From a virus, in the IMG/VR virus record IMGVR_UViG_3300030101_002520, positions 32,001 to 96,000 of that record: a DNA stretch of 64,000 bases. The stretch is one strand, 5' to 3'. Of this stretch, positions 22,101 through 28,000 are shown one piece after another; the stretch's first letter is position 1, and every line of letters starts with the position of its first letter. The notes below the pieces were generated by a model. That model did no database searches and was not told the DNA's origin. It saw only the letters and a program-made list of their open reading frames with translations. Made by a program: the position numbers and the translations under genes.

Positions 22101-25082
22101 AATCTACCGGTTACTATAGAGCAGTATGAACAGTTTAGAGAAGAGAATAAGTTTGTAACAGAAAGTGGTGCTACACTATTTAGAGAACCTTATGCACAAG
22201 CATATAGTAATAATATATTAGATTTTAAAATGTTATTGTTGGGTAATGACTCTATGTCAAAAGCTCAAGGTGGACGTTTACATGCTATAAAGAATGAGCC
22301 TGCTGTAGATAAACCTTTTGTAAATATATGGAATAGTTGGAAAGATAAACTACCAAACTACTATGAAAACAATAGAGTAGACTTAAACTTTAGTGTAAAT
22401 AATATTAATGGTCAAACTAAATATTATAAAGATAGTAAAGAAGGTGCAAGAAATATTGGAGCTGTAGTTCAACCTAATACATACTTAGGATGGCATAAAA
22501 TATTTAAAACAAAACTAAGAGATGGTCAACCAAATGAGAGTGGTATATATATAGGTCCTCCAACACTTAATGGACATACTTATAAAGACTATAATATAAA
22601 CTACTTTATTGATCCTAGTAATGGAAAACAGCTAAAGGATGGTGAAAGAATTCAATATGCTATGTCTGCATTAGTTTCTATTATGGTTGATAATGGAAAA
22701 AATCCATATGCAGCAAAGTTAGGTTTGAATAAACAACTTGTTGTAATGGTTGCAAATGCAATTGCATTAGGTATTAATCTTGAGACAGCATTATTACTTG
22801 TTAATCAACCTATTGTTCAGGATGCATTTAAACAATCTAATATAACAGGTACTAATGCAATCTCAACTCTTCGGTCAGCTTACAATGGATTTATAAAAGG
22901 TGAAAAACCATTAAATACTGTATCTATGGGTACAGAGGTTACAGATGAATTTTTGGAAGATTTAATACGTAAGGCTAAAAGACCTTTAGATAAAGGAACA
23001 AAAAGAAGTGTAGAGAAAGAAATGGCAGGTCTTAGAGAGTTTTTAAATCTTAGTTATATTACTCAAGCAAATAATAACCTAGGAGCTATAGCTGCATTAG
23101 CAGAAAGTATGGGTAGAGATCTAGATGCTGTTGCTAATACTAATAAAAATTTAAATGATTTAGGTTTGTTTTTAGACAAAGAAGATTATTTAGATGCTAG
23201 AGTAATGGGTAATCCAATACCTTTTGAGTATAATTTTGTTAAAGGAATAACAAATATAAATAGTATACCTGGTGTTAACACTAACCTATTTAAACACTTT
23301 ACAGATCTTAGTGTACCGTATTTATTAACTCCAGCAACTGAAGTTTTCATTGGATTAGAAAACTTTTTGACTAGAGGTCTTAAAGGTATGACTCCTAAAA
23401 GAACAGCTGATGCTACATCTAAAATTAGAAAAGATTTATTAAGTTATTTGACAATAAAATCTTATATGCATAATCTTAATCTATTAGGTGAGTCTGGTCA
23501 AGAATCATTAGCTTCATTGAATAACGCATTGATATATAATGAAATGGAGGGCTCTATAAGGATTGACAAAGAAATTGAAAAAGTAAGAGACTTTTTAAAA
23601 GCCACTGATCAAAAGAATGAGTTTATTAATTTATTTATTAGAAATGATAGAACTGGAACTAAAAAGAATAAGACTGGTATTAATAGAGTAAGGACGCAAA
23701 ATCTTGTTAAACTTAGTAACAATAAAGCTAATAGAATTCAAACATCCCTTATATCATTATTAAAAGATAAAACAACTAGAGCTGCTGTAACACACTTGAT
23801 ACACTATGAAATGGTTAAGAATGGATTTCAACAAAAAGCAGGATCATTTTTACAAGTTATAGCACCTGCATTACCAGATATTCAAATGTATTTAGGAGAA
23901 GCTAAAAGAGTTAAAGATCTTTTGTCAACTAAGTTTAAAAATTTAGAAGAGGTAGATGAAGGATTTAAAAATACATTTGGTTTAACACTTGATGAAACAT
24001 TACAAGATTTAAGTCAATGGTTTAGATCATCTAAAGATTCTTATTATATTCCACGAATTGGAAAGGGTGTACAATTTAATACATCAAAAGGAGTGAGATC
24101 ACCAATGTATATAAAAGATAATAAATTTATTGTAGATTACCATCAAGGTACAACTGAGATTACAAAGTATAAATCTAAAGATCCAAATGATAAAAGAATA
24201 AAAATACCAAAACTAGAAATAGATATTGAAAAGAAGTCATATGAAATATTAACAGGAGCAGGTTTTAGACCAAGTGGGTTAGGGTTTATATTTCCACAAG
24301 TTACATCAGTTTCCCAAACTTTAGCAGATGGCACCTCAACAGTAAAATATTATTATTTAAATAGATTATTTTCTCCATATACAAAAGGTAAGACAAATAC
24401 TAATTTATATGCTGCTGAGAAAGTTTCTAATGCTTTAGTTGGTACAACAGCTGAATATATAGAGTTTGATTTATTAGGTAGTAAAGATCAGTGGAAAATG
24501 GGTTTCATGTTTAATATTGCAAAGATTAATGGTAAAACTCAGTTACAACCCACACTTAAAGAGATAGCACAAAAAGAAAGTATGAATCAAACTGATGGAG
24601 CACCAATTCCTCCAAGTGATTATGCAGATCAGTCTTATACTATTCCAGCTAATGTTGAACCTAGGAATACTGTAAATGATACCAACATTAATAGTATAGA
24701 AGCAAACAATGATAAAATAGAATTTAAAAAAGATGATAACGTTGTTGGCTCAACTGAAAATCAAGATCCTCAAACTATTATAAATGCTAATGTTATTGTG
24801 GATAAAAAGAAGGCAGCTCCAGCATCTGCATTTAGTAAAGCTGAAGGAGTGGGTGCAAAGTTTTCTAAAGATAAGTTAGGGCCACAAACAAAAAAAGATA
24901 ATAATTATGTTGATGTAATTAGAGAGTGGTTTCAATCAACACCTGTTGGAGAACTTAATAAAGCTGCAGAAGCTAATTTGCTTACTGGTGCTAGATTAAA
25001 AGACTTTGTAACATATTATGAAAAGAATAGAAATGTTACTAACTTAGATGACTTCATGTATAGACTTAAAAACTGTAAATAA
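10143..25082 (+). CDS. Giant virion-packaged double-psi beta-barrel RNA polymerase polyprotein with zincin-like domain
   Basis: Catalytic GSDFDIDK (~21648-21671), RIPSQDKHS (~21537), TDGQGY and VDNGKNP motifs typical of crAss-like RNAPs (phi14:2 gp66 family). HEAFH...EEYLADEF zincin motif at ~16737. Hydrophobic Gly/Ala-rich helices in the N-terminal ~620 aa. Confidence 0.9.
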   Translation: MAENPNIGNNKFINQNYTPPVDINTGSVPQISSQEHQDITDALRESTIQFDRSSEIDPMSLKFIDQQSKIINEQETLNPSRFTSPYPGNATPNRNPFAYNTGQNDLSTQQGRRDYFGSILERANGISDTRPHGGAWQNPIIYGKRQVNADRYLSHPSFDDLGFHPYRDNETFYNQNSTWYDDLGRTSSAFVQMFKPAFTSGWRALGDFISGDGLSQDYIGAEAMQDAMRIASSTRGGITGFTNDLYLNSAYTFGILGSIFAEEVALGLGTVATKGMSSSIAAQRTAGNFKRLFDAADAMKTGARNIGNFSYNVMRDLGAVDKAKDFYNYAKGNMYGDEVGRFISNFFAPETTRALQTMNSTKNTAKNVSNLSKLNTTFGAFYRDIRQFNIAWAESKMEGGLREIETLEEAYLKALQENGGNPLTEEQYNLIHSKSKSAGLGTALLNFPIIYLSNKLVFDGALRGFKPLARQLDNAKSGLGRQIMRNTKDGVVNSGKKAYVNVGSGLKRMYREGVVNGLKAAGVAGLRYSTRNFAEGFQELAQELVSASVGDYYTGLFDEVLSDSMNANAAELESRVKNAEASMAQAISSGLNNEAVGFKTFMSGFLMGGLVQPFQTVMFEYVPNTYTYVTDRKKYDAYAKKKEDYINESTKTLTEMFDDPRNLFKLTNLNTLTQKQLNKFMLLSSYNNDIMAFKDSKDAAAFHHVLTMLRVGKAEDFKAHLNGILQMNDADLQNAFKDTEASPAEIRKRFTGLIDKVDTMRDRFNRFDDKYINPYNPDNFKQGSRPWAQEIIRQSAFEHAKMMFMFTNDTYERSVVRMESILSNLSVNPVIDKMAANDITALTSQKGMLAEINMLKDETSVAPARNASVELKEQYKNKQEKLKIFQEFYDTFYAKDNYKILSRTKDKVKYGKLKVSGKNKLKKVFIKLLDHLSKTTGGRIQDNDAINTAFEMIIDHEYLAGRASDYYQAARILDDPSILNDLADRSAEAMNKVWNDQRKKFKVYGKLKNWVDNQERAKIISDLAKVGIFAESEQAKNFIETGQQPTEFFSEESRLTAITAEENPNAWKTLTNILKGYQKQKEAEARAAKDKAGQDLEINKEEFDKDSDLSAGDEINSVPEVEEERGAQISSNIQPRIYTLKDYQQFIDQDPDTQAILNKKYQEYEYAWNKLGIKKLSGKEGQILTKSEWVNSKEGGGKIVKARHRLFRTYAMQSPGMKNKTTFEEYLTKNQDQQFLINVVQGYGLRVEDILVDTVINENIAVEQGLGSRDTIVDTDNDYSKNKIKIVRRRRFATEEGVASDFFMVLTLNNENTVDKYAGLPNANTNLSTTYKTEAEAIAAADWLSMNIPAASNFDFTVEGKAEDGFTSGEIVVKDGRRYSVESKEEDNSMLVKDLESGQEETIDAGKFASEGWTRSKDEKIQIADIKTSTKLFVDRALQILPFDPNADSYKTMNDPQKEKILRAQARKDFEKTLQQLTIDEINKLKFSIVKGEDFEKVITNTAPSDRDVFPASVNYDENKQIRVGAAKYRVVIYKGDEPFALLASPYTATMVDSKGEKIDPLTITQKQAETLFIGAIADPSAYKKIRANYAAAYEIEKIFEDALKNSKGDQAFMSFKDLQKNNIDMQFTPGLILYKSEEVVNGKQINNESSIEELANNGFTVAEGVGTDGNPLFLIEDNQIIDRKEGVREEASIITNISVKDSNTLDKLRADINASMRRQGFDTKTKLGRYVGYVYSPGLGEYTAFELKAKPKSLEQVNTLFTEYLNRMEDTVKNNLDKGNVKDELYNRAFNTEKEQDNFIVGKGNQQFSISVTSRGDLKFRYYNSGVRGVGINIFLKVKDVKNLLQSEAGVTSLLKNIQKKVNNKIKADKKLNDLQNLLINLNAENFKDSLPKDINSNSNKYTIINTKMDAVIGPNVRSKIYGNIVFNDTSAINSAIQTALDIQREAPVKTSTVTEKPLSNVSLEDTDYFKKQSKEKFANIDESILKEIANKIVKDGKESLTEREKLALQNTPNSRRVSEFMLEITSRQASYKAQEEAENSEEQKEVDSELKLQDQLRVLKKEKYDKYYQERSVETIDGQRNSKYIKKEGERRRAALSDVSLDPEIQDLTNRINSALKVIDTEFDGRDIEDINKFVTWLKANLPEDIVTIKDINDLSERLKNNGTTVGAFIMRLKTLRGKSKTVGEIYTSKESPFRYHEAFHAAFRLLLTEDQIIDFLNVAKKAKKAELKKEGKSLDQALKELALLSPTYSAMNKKELEDTLYEEYLADEFEKFKQSPTSTKIAPKVKSFFTKLLEMITKIFENAFKVFSGSALVEQSTDTQLNKLFQDIDSGKFKSSKTQENRFTDAVAETSGGVSNPVYAIVAKQTAIIPVTVRRAGELITLNRKVVIPFPAEQVDSLVKRIAATYTQLKSRFVPARETPAFSKSKGIRQATDMIIQMYDPGNSQYDQISSDIEKLFELEDIYNALNNPDNKKALANGVRDYINIVEEVDNVLEDNMDVAKNEERDAPYQIDDKRNQMAGFSNLNEMIRMFILTTTVDVQDDRFGNTFVNPDAAEADRIPLQESVNYIEVFNGLLKALSGTANPATSLRKMSIFAESNRETQAVVNRFFMEFFGNNGPKLIKDFVEGRSEIPTPQGAKGAEFFQKTMNAFHQFRVDYIVGLKDKKTGNTSLIAANKNDDTHWQLQRWSNSFDNKDLRKGTVSYNTIIDDLKNLETLMTSGEVLSDLEVRAKGESVAEALNRHLGIDISPKFVEYSLLSSMGSSTPYQNNLLSLFEERPITISDENQNSDLTEIIKSLQRGEQLYNETNKEDSIESEKETSTNYSEQTSTNAQGVFYRLQKWAIANAAFDEKVGSTVMLDPKGNYIYTHQTPTYHLEIAQKLNSQNGINDLISERPDLVANTLLQDPKFLALSDARKLSIIRSLGTKTTTFTVTNDGQKIENKSLDTNDDAKTYGDYTPAEFLADRINLYLLNFNDLNGKVAQESFFEEDKESPTVFTYSPVLLRVMSDSNMGDMQNMPVIKVQSKKNTFAKEYLQQWANLIKDDYTIIQTNSKELRDVTLFPVRNVHKGYNDIEASDIDFTNGNLNPNLADPNKARGFKMGLGTADVLTIRKVGEQKEFDESLKLHLEKVARSFKPDGSQYTIEEAYKSFVSTKTDDSSESAPKRNAGRFILDALEAQYKRFESELEDLGADTLVDNRIKKGLAKTGNTEFKNNARLSQALLFLGTDERSNLRQIYFNNWLQTTRINDVYLPNQSMSLKDAVDAIKRAKMQNAGGANTESYISAPELGINKPLQELHVLIGTDPLVKKKYDVDGEDQKPGEQTDGQGYMTTKTFRATWFGLGKLTENQADMLNKIENNQPITEEEFFGAVEETEAGLSSLGYKDYKSQINSKKYVYGDGSLYFKLSYTVLTPALDSYADGTPLESRRRLYNLRTTLEAKEKRDDVFMMYIPESASKMRKTDILDRETSELLFDQGLTIGERLEGSQVITDMGKKLEDAIEIVPAKYMRLQQITPSNKMEVVDPRQIQNLILNEQNDDQDITYMGESLKVKDLKKMYQWSISNRKQINYFNRHSLVFDLQHGLQYLQEAIDENKVTPDLDAFVDYAQNSLQASQASTLLLEYFSKAKNGESRYELNNPVTIQKFTELIMSFFSKGVIADRQPGKAVVLVSDYGMDVYKRVDAVDNNGTPIAWTVITTEGWKQSSAQQRGALVVDPTVNPNGDVIGLSEDQVYVDRLRHDVVEYKRDTNGKLIREDGELVSTGEVYTEFMLPPHFREEMQLNPGDPIPDVIAKQFAVRIPSQDKHSAINLKLVDHLPVFYGSSGVFARELLEITGSDFDIDKFYVHHKEFYENENGELVEYGKGRTAEERYQEYLMASEKDMSKSGTNIFYAYKKWRERKRTADKEKYTDVQEKINKEFNEFILTSETGLLLSGQDPKTLKEAFAKERGYDYDSKADEFYLSPNEEIGVEEPNKQAALLGSLKILNLPVTIEQYEQFREENKFVTESGATLFREPYAQAYSNNILDFKMLLLGNDSMSKAQGGRLHAIKNEPAVDKPFVNIWNSWKDKLPNYYENNRVDLNFSVNNINGQTKYYKDSKEGARNIGAVVQPNTYLGWHKIFKTKLRDGQPNESGIYIGPPTLNGHTYKDYNINYFIDPSNGKQLKDGERIQYAMSALVSIMVDNGKNPYAAKLGLNKQLVVMVANAIALGINLETALLLVNQPIVQDAFKQSNITGTNAISTLRSAYNGFIKGEKPLNTVSMGTEVTDEFLEDLIRKAKRPLDKGTKRSVEKEMAGLREFLNLSYITQANNNLGAIAALAESMGRDLDAVANTNKNLNDLGLFLDKEDYLDARVMGNPIPFEYNFVKGITNINSIPGVNTNLFKHFTDLSVPYLLTPATEVFIGLENFLTRGLKGMTPKRTADATSKIRKDLLSYLTIKSYMHNLNLLGESGQESLASLNNALIYNEMEGSIRIDKEIEKVRDFLKATDQKNEFINLFIRNDRTGTKKNKTGINRVRTQNLVKLSNNKANRIQTSLISLLKDKTTRAAVTHLIHYEMVKNGFQQKAGSFLQVIAPALPDIQMYLGEAKRVKDLLSTKFKNLEEVDEGFKNTFGLTLDETLQDLSQWFRSSKDSYYIPRIGKGVQFNTSKGVRSPMYIKDNKFIVDYHQGTTEITKYKSKDPNDKRIKIPKLEIDIEKKSYEILTGAGFRPSGLGFIFPQVTSVSQTLADGTSTVKYYYLNRLFSPYTKGKTNTNLYAAEKVSNALVGTTAEYIEFDLLGSKDQWKMGFMFNIAKINGKTQLQPTLKEIAQKESMNQTDGAPIPPSDYADQSYTIPANVEPRNTVNDTNINSIEANNDKIEFKKDDNVVGSTENQDPQTIINANVIVDKKKAAPASAFSKAEGVGAKFSKDKLGPQTKKDNNYVDVIREWFQSTPVGELNKAAEANLLTGARLKDFVTYYEKNRNVTNLDDFMYRLKNCK

Positions 25083-28000
25083 TGGCAACTTGTTTTAATA
25101 GAAATTTACCTGCATATCAAACACTTTTAGAGAAGTATGATTCTCCTATGTTTGTAGATGGAGTTATTAATGGATGGCAAAAAGTAAATAGATCTGAACT
25201 TATGCCTACTGTACTTGAAGCAGAAGATTTTTTAAAAGATCAAAAAGAAGTTGGTGTTTTAGATAAACAAAATTTAAAACAATCTATTCTTACAAACTTG
25301 GGTGTAAAAGGTAAAGGGTTAATTAGCAGATTTGGTGAATCATATTATATAAATAATACTAATAAAGAAGTAAGAGCAATTAAAGGTGATGTACAAACAT
25401 TAGAAAGAAATAAGAATAGTGTAGAAAGATTATTAGATTGGTGGCAAGTAACACCAGAGGCTGTAACAATAACAAAGACAGACAATTCTTATAGGTTAGA
25501 TATAAATGCTAATCTACTAAATATGCAAGATGTTATAACAGAAACGTCAGATGTAACACATTTGCAAGATATACTTCAACATCTAACAAGATTATTTCCT
25601 GATGTACAAATTCAAGTGATGAGTGAAACTGATGCAAAAAGAATGTATAATTCATTACCTCAATTTACATCAGAGTTTCAAAAGCCCATAGATTTTAAAG
25701 ATATAAAAAGTTTTTATGTAGATGGTCAAGCCATATTAGTTGAAGGTAGAGTAACATCAGAAACAGCAATAGAAGAAGTATTACATCCATTTGTTAATGC
25801 TTTATATGCAGATAAATCAGAGTTGTTTAGAAGATTAAAAACAGAATCAGAACGTTCTTTTCCTAAACTAGCTCAAGAGATAGCTGGTGCATATACAAAG
25901 ACTAAAGGTTTTGATAATATAGATAGAGATAAAGAGTTGGTTACACAAGCAATGGCTAGACACTTTAAGAGAGAGTATGAGCAAAATCCTACAGAAAGTT
26001 TTAGATCTAAGATTAGAGAGTTTATGAGATGGCTGATGGATGTATTTAGAGATCTTAGTAAGTGGGTTGTAGGTAAAGATTTAGTATTAGCACCGGGTAT
26101 GATAGACAATGCTAATAACTTAACAAGTCTTTCTAAAATTTTGAATACAGGTGATTTAAAATTTGGTCTTGATAGAGCTATAAGACAAGATAGGAAAGTT
26201 AGATTTAGTTTAACACCTAAATTTCAAAAGATATACAATAAAGTAAAAGGTAAAGCCACTTCACAAAAACAAATTACTAGGCTTGATGATCTTTATAATG
26301 TAAGCATTAATAGTCAAAAGCCTATAGATGACTTTACTGTTTCTATGTCAAAAAAGAAAAATCATCCTCTAGTAATATTAAATAAAAAAACACACAAATA
26401 CATTAGTGTAGAAAACATTAATGACCCCTTTACAAGTGTAACTACAAAGATAGGAGGTTTTAGTTCTAAAAGCTATTCTATTAAAAAGGGTGATACTATA
26501 GCAAGCATTGCTAAAAGTTTAGGAACAACTATAAAAAAGATTAAAGAGTTAAATCCAATAGGTGATAATTTAAATACGCTTACTAAAGCAAATGGTCAAC
26601 CTATAAAACAATTATATGTGCCACAAGAAGATTTTCAAATCAATATGGATATTGGTAATGATTTTGATTCTATAGTAAGTGCTATTGTATTAGATGAAGG
26701 TATAGACAGTGTAGACTTAAAAGTTGTTAGTAAAGAAGTTGCAGAAGATTTTTATAAAAAGATGAAGAAAGATCTTGCAGTATTAACAAGAAATGGTGGA
26801 ATACTAATACCACAAGTTGTAGTATCAGATAAGCTTAATCAAATAGCTGGTACTATAGATCTTTTATTTATGGATGAGAATGGAGCTTTAGAGATTATAG
26901 ATATTAAAACAAGCAAGGATAGTTTAAATGCTCTTGTCAATGGTAAATTAAAATATGAAGAAACTTATTTTCCTGTTACCTATGGTAGTATTTTTTATGA
27001 TCCTGCTAAGTCTCATGCAGATCAGCAAAAGTTTACTAAAGAGCAAATGCAAGCATTGCAGGTAAATTCTTATGCTCAGATATTAAGAAATCAAGACTAT
27101 GATATTGATTCTACTTTTACCTATCATGTGCATACACCCACAACAGGGAAAGGTATTAATCAAAAATATACACAGAAATTTGTTATTGAGGGTATTAGAA
27201 CACAATCAGAGACTGCTGATGTGCTTATTGGTGATCCAGGTAATAATAACTTTGCTTCTGAAATGATGGTAAAAGATTTTTCAGATCCTACAGCAAATGA
27301 TAAATTATTTACTTTAGATAAAAAAACAGGAGAGAATGAGATAGAGGTAGATGAGTCTGAGATAGATGCAATAGCAGAGAATGTAACTTCTAAGATGATG
27401 TCAACAGAATCTGTACTTGAACAAATAACAGATTTTAGAGTTGCAATGAGTACAAGAAAAGAAAACTATCAAAGAGTAAAAAATCAAATTGCTTTTTTTA
27501 AAGATGGTAAAGATGTTGTTCAAGAGATTGATAGAACGTTAGCAATTATAGATGCTGGTGTTGAAGATGGCAATGTAATTCCATTATTTGAAGAGATTGT
27601 AAAACAATCAATAAAAGAATTAGATGACTTTATTGAATATGTTAACAACCCAGATAGCTATTTACTGGATGATAAATATATATCTAAAGTGTTAAACTAT
27701 TCAAAAATGGTGAGCACATATGAAAGTTTATCAGAAGTAGAAAAAGCAAAAGGTTTAACAAAGGCACAACTACAATTACTAGAAGAGTTAAGGGGAAAAA
27801 TATATACAATTAACGGTAAAAGAGATGGTTTAGGAAATATAATAGAGGGTAAAGAAGGTTTGATTAATACTGCTATAGATAATTTTGCTAAACAATTTAT
27901 AAAAGATAATTCTAAAAGAGATTTTACACAAGAAGATTTAGAGGACATATTAAGGTGGGGTTCAGATATGGGTATGATAGAGTATCAAACAGGCACACTT

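Noticed and set aside
314-27948. Short minus-strand ORFs inside the large + strand genes (e.g. 314-502, 13976-14311, 21568-21822)
   Set aside because: Antisense shadows with S/L/F/I-rich composition and no motifs, fully overlapping well-supported genes.
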